In this document: in pieces, positions 41,720-52,493 of the stretch
How the letters are laid out: every line of letters begins with the position of its first letter
Position numbering within the stretch: position 1 is the first letter of the stretch
Assembly (NCBI GenBank): GCA_964609895.1
Contig: CAZSTG010000003.1
Coordinates: 7,574-71,573 of the forward strand
Direction: 5' to 3'
Length of the DNA stretch: 64,000 bases
DNA from: an uncultured Gammaproteobacteria bacterium
Lineage (GTDB): Bacteria; Patescibacteriota; Microgenomatia; UBA10105; UBA927
Position numbers and translations under genes: made by a program
The notes under the pieces: model-generated
The model's input: the letters and a program-made list of their open reading frames with translations, nothing else
Told to the model about the DNA's origin: nothing
Database searches by the model: none

Positions 41720-42085
41720 ATGACAACGTCTGGGAGAACACACAAAGATTCCTTCAGGGATGCATTTGCCGGCCTCAGGTGGACGGTTGTGACGCAGCCA
41801 AATTTTCGGATTCATCTCATTCTTTCTTTTCTGGCATTGGTGCTCGGGTTTTTCCTTCGGATAACATTCGTGGAAACGGCAATTATCGTATTCACGATCC
41901 TTTTGGGGTTAACCGCGGAGATGATCAATACCTCCATTGAGGCAATGACCGATCTTATTACGAAGGAACGTCGTGAAGATGCGCGGATTGCAAAAGATGT
42001 AGCGGCGGGCATGATGCTTCTTACTGCGATAGGTGCAATACTTGTCGCATTGTGTATTTTTGTTCCTTATTTCATCTTAATATAA
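41720..42085 (+). CDS. dgkA: Diacylglycerol/undecaprenol kinase (DgkA family)
   Basis: SF..AF.GL, N.RIH, E.INTSIE...D, A..AKDVAAG. Start moved to 41720. Confidence 0.88.
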   Translation: MTTSGRTHKDSFRDAFAGLRWTVVTQPNFRIHLILSFLALVLGFFLRITFVETAIIVFTILLGLTAEMINTSIEAMTDLITKERREDARIAKDVAAGMMLLTAIGAILVALCIFVPYFILI

Positions 42086-42087
42086 TT

Positions 42088-43131
42088 ATGGTTTTTTTAC
42101 TCGGCGCATTATTATTTTCTTGGATAGTCAGCAGCAGCTTGTATATTCCGTTTATCAAACTGCTCTATAACTTTCGGATGCAACGCATGAAGCAGGTGAC
42201 GCTTGATGCATTTAATAAACGGACGCCGATATTCGACAAGTTCCATCAGATAAAAGCAGGAACTCCTGTTGGCGGTGGCGTGCTCATTATCCTTGTCACC
42301 ACCATTCTTTTTCCGCTTGCGCTCGTGCTGATGAAATATTTTTGGGTGCCGATCACTTCTGTATATCCGATGGCTGCGGAAATAAAGATATTATTGTTTA
42401 CCTTTATCTCTTTTGGATTATTAGGGCTTCTTGACGACATGAAAAAAACGTTTGTTCTGAAGTCTGATTTTTTCGGACTAAGGCTGCGCCATAAACTGAT
42501 TCTTGAAATTATCATTGCAGCGGTCATCAGCTTTTGGCTGGTTACGGATCTGCACATCAATATTTTTTATCTCCCGCTGTTTGGTGTTATTCACATGGGG
42601 TGGTGGTTTATTCCGTTTTCCATGTTTACCATAATCGCGTTTGCGAATGCATTTAATATTACGGACGGACTGGACGGATTGGCATCCGGTGTGCTGATGA
42701 TCGCACTTTTTGCTTTTTGGATTGTGAGCGCGTCCATTCTCGATACGCCGCTTTCCGTATTTCTGGCACTCTGGATTGGTAGTTTGTTGGCGTTTTTATA
42801 TTTCAACGTCTATCCGGCGCGTATTTTTTTGGGTGACGTCGGCGCACTGTCATTTGGTGCGACGTTTGCTGTGGTGGGACTGATTCTCGGTAAAGCTCCC
42901 GCACTGATCATCATCGGCTTTGTGTTTGTCATCGAAGTCGCCTCGTCGCTCATTCAGCTCCTGTCCAAAAAATTTTTCCACAAAAAAGCATTTCCCGCCG
43001 CGCCGTTTCATCTGTTTTTGCAGTATGCGGGATGGGCTGAACCAAAGATTGTCATGCGTTTCTGGATTCTTTCGATTGTCTTTGCTGTGTTCGGACTCTT
43101 CTTTGCTTTTTTGACAAAGAATCCGATATAA
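42088..43131 (+). CDS. mraY: Phospho-MurNAc-pentapeptide transferase
   Basis: K.GTP..GG, GLLDD, NAFNITDGLDGLA, FN.YPA.IFLGD.G, APFH. Confidence 0.93.
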   Translation: MVFLLGALLFSWIVSSSLYIPFIKLLYNFRMQRMKQVTLDAFNKRTPIFDKFHQIKAGTPVGGGVLIILVTTILFPLALVLMKYFWVPITSVYPMAAEIKILLFTFISFGLLGLLDDMKKTFVLKSDFFGLRLRHKLILEIIIAAVISFWLVTDLHINIFYLPLFGVIHMGWWFIPFSMFTIIAFANAFNITDGLDGLASGVLMIALFAFWIVSASILDTPLSVFLALWIGSLLAFLYFNVYPARIFLGDVGALSFGATFAVVGLILGKAPALIIIGFVFVIEVASSLIQLLSKKFFHKKAFPAAPFHLFLQYAGWAEPKIVMRFWILSIVFAVFGLFFAFLTKNPI

Positions 43132-43147
43132 CGCTTCTTATGACTGT

Positions 43148-43939
43148 ATGGATACGCGTCCAATAGGAATCATAGATTCTGGTTCGGGAGGTTTATCGTT
43201 ATGGAGTGCTGTTGCAACGCTTCTTCCCGACGAATCCATTGTCTACCTTGGAGATCATGCAAACGCGCCATACAGTGACAAGACAAGGCGTTTTATACAG
43301 GCGCGGGTAAAAAAACTAATCCGTTCTCTGGTACGGCAAAATTGTAAACTCTGCATTATCGCATGTAATACTGCAACAGTTGCAGGTATAGATTGGTATC
43401 GAAAGCAGTTTCCCACACTTCCCATCGTTGGTGTTGTGCCCGTAATAAAAACCGCGGCACAGGCAACAAAGACGAATACCATATGCATACTGTCGACGGA
43501 ATTTACGGCAAAAAGTAGATATGTAAAAAAACTGATTGCAAAATTTGCACCGACAGCATCCGTCTTTTCCCTTGGCAGTTCCAAACTGGTTTCGTACATT
43601 GAATCGGAAAAACAAGACAGAGGGAAGATTGAAAAAGAGCTCTGCCGTATGTGCAGCTCGGTTGCGGAGAAACCCGTCGACGTCGTCGTTCTCGGGTGTA
43701 CCCATTTTCCGTTCATCAGAAACGAAGTGGCGAGGCAGTTCGGCAGATCCGTTCTCATTCTTGATTCCGCTGGTGCTGTTGCGAGACAGACAGAAAGAAT
43801 TATTCGTACAAACGGTATCGCGTCGTCGAGTGCTCCCGTATATGCATTTTTTACGACCGGCAATGCCAAACGTGTATCGTATGTCATGTCACGGCTTTTG
43901 GGGCGTGATATAGTTGTCGAACATACGGCAATCTCTTAG
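43148..43939 (+). CDS. murI: Glutamate racemase
   Basis: IGIIDSG.GGL, PY, ACNTA, LGCTHF. Confidence 0.95.
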   Translation: MDTRPIGIIDSGSGGLSLWSAVATLLPDESIVYLGDHANAPYSDKTRRFIQARVKKLIRSLVRQNCKLCIIACNTATVAGIDWYRKQFPTLPIVGVVPVIKTAAQATKTNTICILSTEFTAKSRYVKKLIAKFAPTASVFSLGSSKLVSYIESEKQDRGKIEKELCRMCSSVAEKPVDVVVLGCTHFPFIRNEVARQFGRSVLILDSAGAVARQTERIIRTNGIASSSAPVYAFFTTGNAKRVSYVMSRLLGRDIVVEHTAIS

Positions 43940-43948
43940 AATAGGAAT

Positions 43949-45334
43949 ATGACGACATTTAAAGGGAAAACGGTCGCAATAACAGGTATTTCCATTGAGG
44001 GAAAAGATGCGCTGGATTTTTTTCTGAAGGAAGGATGCAAGATTATCTGCTGTGACAGGCGTTCCGAAGAGCAATTGGCCGAAACAATTGCTTTATATAC
44101 AGATTCGCCCGTGACATGGTGCTTCGGTTCATCGTATCTGTCCCGTCTTCACGAGGCGGATCTAATTGTTAAAACGCCGGGGATGTCACTTTTGACTCCG
44201 GAGCTGGTACAGGCAAAAAATCGCGGTATTGAAATCACGAGTGTGACCAAATTGTTTTTTGAACTGTGTACCGCCCCCATTATCGGTGTGACCGGAACCA
44301 AAGGAAAGGGAACGACAAGCTCCTTGATACGGGATATGCTGGAAACAGCAGGAAAGACGGTATTCCTAGGGGGTAATGTAGGAATTGCCTTGTTATCGCG
44401 CGTCAGATCCATACGTCAGACAGACTGGGTGGTATATGAACTGTCCTCATTTCAGCTAGAAGATATGAATTTGAGTCCCCACATCGCGGTTGTACTTCGG
44501 ATTACGCAGGATCATTTGGCAAATTTTGACGCAAACGCGACCAATTTTCATGCAACACGGGAACTGTATGTGGAGGCAAAATCGCAGATTGTGCGTCACC
44601 AGACGGCAGACGATATCGCCGTCATCAATGGAGGGGACATGACAGCGCGGGCATTTGCAGAATTGACGCCCGCAAAAAAGCTGTATTTTGACCGTTACGG
44701 GACGACCGCTGATTGTTATGTAGAATCGCATACCGTACACCTAGTTGAACAGGACGCTGTAACGGAAATTGCAGACGCATCAACAGTACAAGTTCGTGGA
44801 GATCATAATCTGGAAAACATCGCCGCGGCAACGCTTGCGTGCCGTGCCGCAGGTGTCTCTGTTTCGGCAATACAACAGGCTGTCCGTGCATTTAAGGGAT
44901 TGGAACACCGGCTGGAATTTGTCCGGACTGTGCATGAAGTTTCCTATTATAATGATTCGTTTTCAACCGTTCCGGAAACAACCATTGCCGCAGTCGAAGC
45001 ATTTGAAGAACCGAAGGTGTTGATTCTGGGAGGATCGGAGAAAAAATCAGATTTTACCGTCATGGGCGAATACATTGCAAAAAGCAACGTCAGGGGTGTT
45101 GTCGTTATCGGTGACATGACGACACGCATCGAAGAAGCGTTAAGAGCTGCTCATTTTAAGGGAAAAATTGTCACAGGATGCACTAACATGCAGGAAATCG
45201 TTATACAGGCAACCAAGTTGTCAAAGCCGGGAAGTGTGGTGGTATTGACCCCCGGTTGTGCGTCGTTTGGAATGTTTGTTAATTATAAAGATCGCGGAAA
45301 GCAGTTTAAACATGAAGTTCTTGCATTGGCATAA
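43949..45334 (+). CDS. murD: UDP-MurNAc-L-Ala--D-glutamate ligase
   Basis: GVTGTKGKGTT, GGNVG, ELSSFQL, DHL, HRLE, NDS, P.CASF..F.NY..RG. Confidence 0.95.
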   Translation: MTTFKGKTVAITGISIEGKDALDFFLKEGCKIICCDRRSEEQLAETIALYTDSPVTWCFGSSYLSRLHEADLIVKTPGMSLLTPELVQAKNRGIEITSVTKLFFELCTAPIIGVTGTKGKGTTSSLIRDMLETAGKTVFLGGNVGIALLSRVRSIRQTDWVVYELSSFQLEDMNLSPHIAVVLRITQDHLANFDANATNFHATRELYVEAKSQIVRHQTADDIAVINGGDMTARAFAELTPAKKLYFDRYGTTADCYVESHTVHLVEQDAVTEIADASTVQVRGDHNLENIAAATLACRAAGVSVSAIQQAVRAFKGLEHRLEFVRTVHEVSYYNDSFSTVPETTIAAVEAFEEPKVLILGGSEKKSDFTVMGEYIAKSNVRGVVVIGDMTTRIEEALRAAHFKGKIVTGCTNMQEIVIQATKLSKPGSVVVLTPGCASFGMFVNYKDRGKQFKHEVLALA

Positions 45335-46415
45335 ATCAACACTCGGCCCTCCGGATTACCTGTTGATAGGATTGGTAGTTCTCTTGTCAGGATTCGGACT
45401 TTTGATGGTATACGATGCCTCTGTTGCCATCGCCATCAGGGATTTCAACAACCAGTATTACTATCTGACGGAACAACTGAAATGGGTTATCCTTGGACTG
45501 ATCGTTTTTACCGTCGCTTCATTTGTGGACTACCGGATATACAGGAAATTCGCCCTTCCGATGCTTGTCGGCACACTTTTTCTGCTGCTTGTTGTGTTTT
45601 TGCCCGGCGTCGGTATAAAAGCACTTGGCGCTAAACGGTGGATCAATCTGGGATTTACTGTGTTACAGCCTGCCGAATTGGCAAAGCTTACCCTTATTAT
45701 ATATTTGTCCGCGTGGTTTGCGGTGAAAGAAAAAGGGAGACTCATTTCATTTCTGCTGCTGTTGGGGATGATTGCAGGGCTTATTATTTTGGAGCCGGAC
45801 TTAGGGACAACATTAGTGATTCTTGCAACAGCAATGACGATGTATTTTTTTTCTGGTGCGCCCGTCAGACAATTTGCTTTAGTGGTACCGGTGCTTATTG
45901 TATGCATCATCGGACTTGCCGTCTCTTCTCCATATAGATTTCGGCGGCTGACAACGTTTTTTAATCCTGAAAACGATCCACTCGGTGCGTCGTATCATAT
46001 CAGGCAGGCAACCATAGCGCTCGGTTCGGGCGGTATGTTCGGTGTTGGTCTCGGTAAATCACGGCAAAAGTATGAATACCTGCCCGAGGCAAATACGGAT
46101 TCCATTTTTGCCATCATTGGAGAGGAAATAGGATTTGTCGGTGCAGTCGGATTGCTTGTTGTGTTTTTTATACTTATCTGGAGAGGATTTCAAATTGCCC
46201 GTCGCGTTGAAGATCCGTTCGGCAGATATCTTGCACTCGGCATTACCACTTGGATTGCGTATCAGGTGATCATGAATATTGCAGCAATGGTTGCGCTTAT
46301 CCCTCTTACCGGCGTTCCATTGCCTTTGATTTCATACGGAGGGTCTAGTCTCATTGTTGTTCTAACAGGACTTGGTATACTGGTTAATATAAGTAAATTC
46401 AGAACTCATGGCTGA
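45312..46415 (+). CDS. ftsW: SEDS glycosyltransferase FtsW
   Basis: GAKRWI, QPAELAK, EPDLGT, LPEANTD.IF, P.TG.PLP.ISYGGSS. Confidence 0.95.
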   Translation: MKFLHWHKSTLGPPDYLLIGLVVLLSGFGLLMVYDASVAIAIRDFNNQYYYLTEQLKWVILGLIVFTVASFVDYRIYRKFALPMLVGTLFLLLVVFLPGVGIKALGAKRWINLGFTVLQPAELAKLTLIIYLSAWFAVKEKGRLISFLLLLGMIAGLIILEPDLGTTLVILATAMTMYFFSGAPVRQFALVVPVLIVCIIGLAVSSPYRFRRLTTFFNPENDPLGASYHIRQATIALGSGGMFGVGLGKSRQKYEYLPEANTDSIFAIIGEEIGFVGAVGLLVVFFILIWRGFQIARRVEDPFGRYLALGITTWIAYQVIMNIAAMVALIPLTGVPLPLISYGGSSLIVVLTGLGILVNISKFRTHG

Positions 46416-47517
46416 ACTGCATACAGGAAAGAAAGTCTGCGTGACAGGGGGACATTTGTCTCCTGCTGTTGCCGTGATTGAGGAAATACTGGCAAGCGGA
46501 AAACCGTGGACTGTTGTGTTTGCGGGCAGGGCAAAAACATCCCGATCAAGTGTCTTTGCATCGGAAGAAAAACAGTGTATTGAGCAATTGCATATCCCAT
46601 TTTTTCCGCTGCATGCAGGCAGGTTATCCAGAACGTTTTCTTGGGATGCACTGTACGATGCGTTGACTATTCCCGTCGGTTTTGTCGAGGCAATCGTGTT
46701 CTGTCTGCGGGAAAAGCCGGATTGCATTCTTTCTTTTGGGGGATATGTGGGGTTGCCCGTTGTGATTGCCGGTTGGCTGTTTGGCATTCCCACTGTCATT
46801 CATGAACAAACACACAGACTCGGACTTGCCAATGCGATTGCTTCCGAATTTGCACAGAATATCCTGCTTACGTTTCCCGATGCGCGAAAACAACAGGATA
46901 AACGGGTTCGCGTAACGGGGTTGCCGCTTCGGAAATCATTTTTTTCCGCTCCGGCACATGCATCGTTTCCCATCCCCGCAAAAAAACCTGTGTTGTATAT
47001 TACGGGCGGCACAACCGGCGCAGTGTCGATGAATGATTTGCTTTTTCCGTGCATCGGTTCGCTGGTGCACGACTATACAGTGATTCATCAGACCGGTCAG
47101 CAGTCATATGCAAAAGCACTTACTGTGCTTGACACGCTGCCCAAAGACGATAAACCATTGTATATACCGACGCCATATGTGGAAAGCGGCGACGTATCTT
47201 GGATCATGCATCACGCGCGGCTTGTCATCGGAAGATCGGGAGCCAATACTGTCGCAGAAGTTGCCGCACTCAACAAATCCGCCGTATTTATTCCGCTGCC
47301 GTGGGCAGGGTCGCAAGAACAACTCCGGAATGCAACGTGGTATGCCGCCGCCAGCGGCAACGTGCATATTGTTAATCAGCAGCGCACGACATCCGATCAG
47401 TTGTGCGAAATCATCCGCGCTGCTGCATCGCATGCGGATACAACAAGCGATACACAACACCATGCAGTTCCTGCCGCAGCACGGGCAATCGTTGATACAC
47501 TTGCCTTATTGATGTAA
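46408..47517 (+). CDS. murG: Lipid II GlcNAc transferase MurG
   Basis: TGGH..PA, GGYV..P, HEQ, TGLPLR, RSGA.TV.E, P......EQ..NA. Confidence 0.92.
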   Translation: MAELHTGKKVCVTGGHLSPAVAVIEEILASGKPWTVVFAGRAKTSRSSVFASEEKQCIEQLHIPFFPLHAGRLSRTFSWDALYDALTIPVGFVEAIVFCLREKPDCILSFGGYVGLPVVIAGWLFGIPTVIHEQTHRLGLANAIASEFAQNILLTFPDARKQQDKRVRVTGLPLRKSFFSAPAHASFPIPAKKPVLYITGGTTGAVSMNDLLFPCIGSLVHDYTVIHQTGQQSYAKALTVLDTLPKDDKPLYIPTPYVESGDVSWIMHHARLVIGRSGANTVAEVAALNKSAVFIPLPWAGSQEQLRNATWYAAASGNVHIVNQQRTTSDQLCEIIRAAASHADTTSDTQHHAVPAAARAIVDTLALLM

Positions 47518-47524
47518 CCATTTC

Positions 47525-48217
47525 ATGAATCCAAGAAACGTATCAGGAAAACGGAAAATCGTCAGTGCAGTTGCCGCAGTTTGTATTTTTGCAATTGTTG
47601 TCGGAAGTATATATCTGCTACTTCGGCTGTTTCAGATAAAAAATATTATCGTTTCCGGAGATCCTGCAAAGGTGGAAGTAAATGCAAAACAGTTTGTCGG
47701 GAACATGATTTTTTTCCAGCCGGATGCGGTGATTGCACAGATTAAAACCGATAATCCACTTGTCAAAACAATCAGGATACGAAAACATTTTCCGTCGACA
47801 TTGGAACTGGTTGTCTACAAACGACAACCGATTGCCAGACTGCATACACAGACGGCAATTGTCGGCATTGACAGCGATGCGGTAGTGACTGATGTGTTGG
47901 GAAATGATTCGATTCCTGTTATTCAGATTGATGTGCCGCTTGTGAGAATGGGACAGCGCATGAAAGATGAAGGAGTGAAACAGGCGGTCGGAATTATCGC
48001 GGGGACGCAGGATTTTCTGCATATTCGAAAAATACAAAATTATGAAACAGCGTCACTGCGTGCCCAAACGCAGGAATCAGACATTTTTTTTCCTCAAAAA
48101 GGGGATATTCGCCCAATACTGGATACTTTACAAACGTTGATGACGGGGTTTAGAATAAAAGGTACCATGCCCAAAACGATTGATCTTCGTTTTGATAAAC
48201 CTGTTGTTCAATTTTAA
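47525..48217 (+). CDS. ftsQ: FtsQ/DivIB-like protein
   Basis: TM + POTRA (FP.TL...V..RQP) + C-terminal IDLRFDKPVV; precedes ftsA. Confidence 0.8.
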   Translation: MNPRNVSGKRKIVSAVAAVCIFAIVVGSIYLLLRLFQIKNIIVSGDPAKVEVNAKQFVGNMIFFQPDAVIAQIKTDNPLVKTIRIRKHFPSTLELVVYKRQPIARLHTQTAIVGIDSDAVVTDVLGNDSIPVIQIDVPLVRMGQRMKDEGVKQAVGIIAGTQDFLHIRKIQNYETASLRAQTQESDIFFPQKGDIRPILDTLQTLMTGFRIKGTMPKTIDLRFDKPVVQF

Positions 48218-48219
48218 TT

Positions 48220-49524
48220 ATGGCACGCGACAGAATTTTAACCGGAATTGATATCGGGACCTCCAAAATTACCACGCTGATTGCAAGCATTTCAGAAGAA
48301 CAGGATGTACGCGTTGTCGGCGTAGCAACAGTAGCAAGCCGCGGTCTTCGCAAAGGACAGATTGTGAATATTGAGGAAGCAACTGGCGCAATTTCCCAGT
48401 CACTTGATGCGGCGGAGCGGATGGCAGGTGTTTCCGTTCCAGCGGCTTTTATTCTTACAGGTGGCAATCATATTGCATCACTTAACTCTCATGGCGTTGT
48501 TGCCGTTGCCGAACCGGATAAGGAAATCTCCGGAAATGATGTGGCGCGCGTCATCGATGCGGCAAAAGCCATTTCCCTTCCGTCATCCCGTGAGATTCTG
48601 CATATCATTCCGCGCGGCTATCTGGTGGACGGGCAGGAAGGAATTGTTGATCCCGTAAATATGACGGGTGTACGGTTGGAAGTAGACACACATCTTATTA
48701 CCGGAGGTTCTATTGCAATCCGCAATTTATATAAGTGTGTTGAGGATCTGGGAGTGGAAGTGGAGGGAATTGTATTTGGCGGACTTGCATCTGCATCCGC
48801 AACACTTTCTGATACAGAAAAAGAATTGGGGGTGGTGCTCGTCGACATAGGTGGCGGAACAACGGATGTTGCGGTGTATGTGGACGGAGCACTTTCCTAT
48901 TCGTCGGTGATTCCGGTCGGTGCAATTAACATAACAAAAGATTTGGCGGCGGGGCTTCGTATTTCTTTGGAAAGCGCGGAAAAAATCAAACTCGCGCTTG
49001 GAGTGCAGCCGAAAGTGCCGGTTCTGCCGGAGACGGAAGAACAGCCTGCAGGAAAAACAAAGACGGATAAATCGGATGAACTGGATGTTTCCGATCTGCA
49101 GTTGATTGAGGATATGAAAACTGTTTCACGGAAAACGCTGGTGGAGGGTATTGTAAAACCGCGGCTGAACGAAATATTTTCTTTGGTGGGGCTGGAAATC
49201 AAGAAAAGCGGATTCGGCGGTATGACGCCGTCCGGCGTTGTACTTACAGGTGGCGGTGCATTAACCGTCGGGGCAGTTGAATGCGCGAGAAGAAATCTGG
49301 CAATGCCGGTGCATGTGGGAACGCCAAAAAATATTTCCGGCCTTATTGAGGAAATCCAGACGCCCGCATATGCGGCAAGTGTCGGATTATTATTGTACGG
49401 AGTAAAATCGGAAAAAAGTGACAATGGTCCTTTGTTTAAGGGATTGGGAAAACTTGGCGACAAGATCCCAATGAAAGGTGTTGCAGGGAAGCTTATAAAT
49501 CTGATAAAGTCATTTCTGCCATAA
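48220..49524 (+). CDS. ftsA: Cell division protein FtsA
   Basis: GIDIGTSK, M.GVRLE, EKELG...VDIGGGTTD, VLTGGG. Confidence 0.96.
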   Translation: MARDRILTGIDIGTSKITTLIASISEEQDVRVVGVATVASRGLRKGQIVNIEEATGAISQSLDAAERMAGVSVPAAFILTGGNHIASLNSHGVVAVAEPDKEISGNDVARVIDAAKAISLPSSREILHIIPRGYLVDGQEGIVDPVNMTGVRLEVDTHLITGGSIAIRNLYKCVEDLGVEVEGIVFGGLASASATLSDTEKELGVVLVDIGGGTTDVAVYVDGALSYSSVIPVGAINITKDLAAGLRISLESAEKIKLALGVQPKVPVLPETEEQPAGKTKTDKSDELDVSDLQLIEDMKTVSRKTLVEGIVKPRLNEIFSLVGLEIKKSGFGGMTPSGVVLTGGGALTVGAVECARRNLAMPVHVGTPKNISGLIEEIQTPAYAASVGLLLYGVKSEKSDNGPLFKGLGKLGDKIPMKGVAGKLINLIKSFLP

Positions 49525-49568
49525 AAAAACACTCTCTTCAGTATCTGCCTCTGAGGAAATGATACGTT

Positions 49569-50738
49569 ATGCTGATTAAACCGGAGATTGCGAGATTTGC
49601 AAAAATAAAAGTTGTCGGCATTGGAGGCGGAGGAAGCAATGCAGTCAATTCCATGATTTCGGCCGGCACGATCAAGGGGGTTGATTTTATCGCCGTCAAC
49701 ACGGACGCGCAGGCACTGCTGACTAATCTGGCACAGACAAAAATTCAAATAGGCGACAATGTGACACGGGGTTTAGGTGCAGGCGGCAATCCCGAAATCG
49801 GCAGACAGGCGGCGGAAGAATCAAGGGAAAAAATCAAGGAATATCTGCGCGACTGCGACATGGTATTTATTACGTGCGGTGAGGGTGGAGGAACAGGAAC
49901 GGGAGCGGCACCGATATTTGCGGAAATCGCCAAGGAACAGGGTGCACTTACTGTTGCTGTTGTGACAAAACCATTTCGGTTTGAAGGAACGAGACGCATG
50001 GTGTCTGCTGAAGAAGGCATCATGAATCTGAAAGACAAAGTCGACACACTCATCGTTATTCCCAATCAACGACTGCTGGAAGTAATCGATAAAAAACTGA
50101 CATTGCTTGAGGCATTCCGCGTTGCCGATTCTGTGCTCAGTCAGGGCGTACAGGGAATATCTGATCTGATCACTATGCCGGGACTCATTAACGTGGATTT
50201 TGCGGATGTCAGGTCTATTATGACGAATGCGGGATCGGCGCTTATGGGGATAGGAACCGGCGTCGGAGAAAACAGGGCGGCGACAGCTGCAAGAACAGCG
50301 GTTGCTTCTCCACTTTTGGAAATGTCCGTTGAGGGGGCAAAAGGTGTGCTCTTTAATATTACCGGAGGAACTGATTTGACGATGGCGGAGGTTGATGAGG
50401 CTGCAAAACAGATTGCAGGTGCGGTAGATCCGGATGCAAATATTATTTTTGGTGCAACCATTGATGAAAATCTGGTCGATCAGGTAAAAATATCCGTGAT
50501 AGCAACGGGTTTTGATGAAACCAAGAAACGGCTTCGGGAAATGTCGGCCGCACGGGGCGCGACACAGACGGGTTTCGGGCAGGGGTACACACCGCGTCCG
50601 ATGCAGCCGGTACAACAGGTGCAGCCTGTTTCCCAGCAGCCGTCGCAGGCGTCGTCACCCGTGTTTACTCCGCCGAACGATGTTCCTCCGGAGGATGATG
50701 AATTTGAAATCCCCGCATTCCTACGGCAGAGGAATTAG
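49569..50738 (+). CDS. ftsZ: Cell division protein FtsZ (last codons supplied by the integrated element)
   Basis: [28 protein letters not shown]-terminal EIPAFLR. Confidence 0.97.
   Translation: MLIKPEIARFAKIKVVGIGGGGSNAVNSMISAGTIKGVDFIAVNTDAQALLTNLAQTKIQIGDNVTRGLGAGGNPEIGRQAAEESREKIKEYLRDCDMVFITCGEGGGTGTGAAPIFAEIAKEQGALTVAVVTKPFRFEGTRRMVSAEEGIMNLKDKVDTLIVIPNQRLLEVIDKKLTLLEAFRVADSVLSQGVQGISDLITMPGLINVDFADVRSIMTNAGSALMGIGTGVGENRAATAARTAVASPLLEMSVEGAKGVLFNITGGTDLTMAEVDEAAKQIAGAVDPDANIIFGATIDENLVDQVKISVIATGFDETKKRLREMSAARGATQTGFGQGYTPRPMQPVQQVQPVSQQPSQASSPVFTPPNDVPPEDDEFEIPAFLRQRN
50707..50738 (+). repeat. attL (within ftsZ 3' end)
   Basis: AAATCCCCGCATTCCTACGGCAGAGGAATTAG. Confidence 0.88.
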
Positions 50739-50917
50739 GACAGAACGCTCCAATCTCTCCATGCTACCATATGAGACTATATTTTGAGGTCTTCATAACG
50801 GAACAGTTTGAAGATTTAAGTTGATTTTTGAGGCTAAAAGTGGTAGTATATACATGTTGTTCCTCGTAGAGCTTCTGTATATTTTTACCACAAATTTCAG
50901 ACTGTTTCGGATAATGT

Positions 50918-51940
50918 ATGTTATTCGATGCAGAAGACTTCAAGCGATTTATAATGATTAAAGAAGGTCTTGATACTGGCTCAATACGTCATTGTATGAG
51001 TAGGTTTAGGCTGTTTAATCAATGGTTATATGCTTCGGGTTTAGAACTCAATAAAGATTGTGTAGAAAGGTATTTTTCAGAATTAAAAGAAAAAGGATTA
51101 AAGAATAATTCGCTTAACACATATAGCTTCATGTTTCGTCATTTGGTTTCTTATTGCAAAGATAGAGGTTTACCCAGCGATTTTTTTGATGGCTTTAAGT
51201 CATTCAAGAAAACTAAGCCTGATATTATTATTTTTACTCAAGAAGAGATTGAGAAAATTCTTACTACCGATCTTACATACGGTTTGTTTCATGGAAAATC
51301 TTCTGACTTTTTAAATTTTCGATATAAGACAATGACCATGTTTCTTGCATATACTGGTTGCCGATATTCAGAGGTAGCAGAATTAACAGTGAAGCACGTT
51401 GATATTAGTGCAGGAAGAGCAACATTTGTGAATACCAAAACAAATGAAAATCGGACAGCGTATTTTACCGAACCATTGAAGAGTAATATAAAGAAATTAA
51501 TTGAGAATAGACAACCGAACGATAGAATATTTTGTAATTCCTCAAACAAACAAATTCAGGTTACAGAATACAGTGGTGATTTAAAAAGAAGAGCAATAGA
51601 AGCAGGAGTCACAAAGAGAACGTTCCCCCATAACTTCAGACATAGTTATATAACCCACATGTTGGAGGCAGGTGTACCTATTACAGAGGTCGCAACGCTC
51701 GTCGGACATAAAGACATACAAACAACCTATTCAACGTATATGCATTTAGCTGATAAAACACTTGAACGAGCTGCGATGCGTCATCCGATGGTACGGAAAA
51801 ACGTTGATCCGAAAGAAATTTTGAAGATGATAAAAGAAATGATAGAAGGATATCATTTGGAAAATGACAATCGATTTACATATAAAATTGAAGATAAAGG
51901 AGAGGAATTAAATATAAGCATTTCAAGATCATATGAATAA
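50918..51940 (+). CDS. Tyrosine recombinase/integrase
   Basis: Intact catalytic set: TGCR..E, K (NTKT), HNFRH, GH, Y (TTYSTY). Confidence 0.93.
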   Translation: MLFDAEDFKRFIMIKEGLDTGSIRHCMSRFRLFNQWLYASGLELNKDCVERYFSELKEKGLKNNSLNTYSFMFRHLVSYCKDRGLPSDFFDGFKSFKKTKPDIIIFTQEEIEKILTTDLTYGLFHGKSSDFLNFRYKTMTMFLAYTGCRYSEVAELTVKHVDISAGRATFVNTKTNENRTAYFTEPLKSNIKKLIENRQPNDRIFCNSSNKQIQVTEYSGDLKRRAIEAGVTKRTFPHNFRHSYITHMLEAGVPITEVATLVGHKDIQTTYSTYMHLADKTLERAAMRHPMVRKNVDPKEILKMIKEMIEGYHLENDNRFTYKIEDKGEELNISISRSYE

Positions 51941-52493
51941 TACCTATTTAGCTAAACCAATTACATGGGATACGATACGTACTCGGTTTGATCCGCAACA
52001 TGTTCAATTCGAAGCTGAAAAAGAATTGAAAACAATCACACCAGAAAAAAGGGAATTCGAAGGCACAACAAATATATATAAAGCGTTCACTCTTAAAGAG
52101 TTCGAGAATGGAGTTTTATTGAGTGAAACATTGAAAGAAGAATATAAGACTTTTGCTATTGACCTTAGTCGAAATATTCAGAAAGAATACAATTGTTCAA
52201 CTGTTAGTCAAAAAGCTACAGCGGAGCTAATAGCTTGTTCGTATAGTCGGATATTACAAACGACAATGATGATTACTCGATATCTCAATATTGGCTCGGT
52301 GTCGGACAGTGGAATTAAATATCTAGCTGTGATGTCTAAAGAGCTTGATCGAGCACAGAGGCACTATACAACGGCATTACAAACCTTGTTTATGCTCAAA
52401 CAACCACCATTGAATATTACTGTAAAGGCAGAAACAGCGAATATAGCTAATAACCAGTTAATACAACAAAATAACCACGTTAAGCCCATATGA
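51933..52493 (+). CDS. Hypothetical helical protein
   Basis: 186 aa; overlaps the integrase stop and the next ORF start. Confidence 0.7.
   Translation: MNNTYLAKPITWDTIRTRFDPQHVQFEAEKELKTITPEKREFEGTTNIYKAFTLKEFENGVLLSETLKEEYKTFAIDLSRNIQKEYNCSTVSQKATAELIACSYSRILQTTMMITRYLNIGSVSDSGIKYLAVMSKELDRAQRHYTTALQTLFMLKQPPLNITVKAETANIANNQLIQQNNHVKPI

Noticed and set aside
48897-50615. 283-aa and 264-aa minus-strand ORFs
   Set aside because: Antisense to ftsA and ftsZ; no recognisable motifs.
50918-51940. Housekeeping XerC/D or integron integrase
   Set aside because: It lies inside att-flanked AT-rich DNA; no IntI-specific insertion or attC array is seen.
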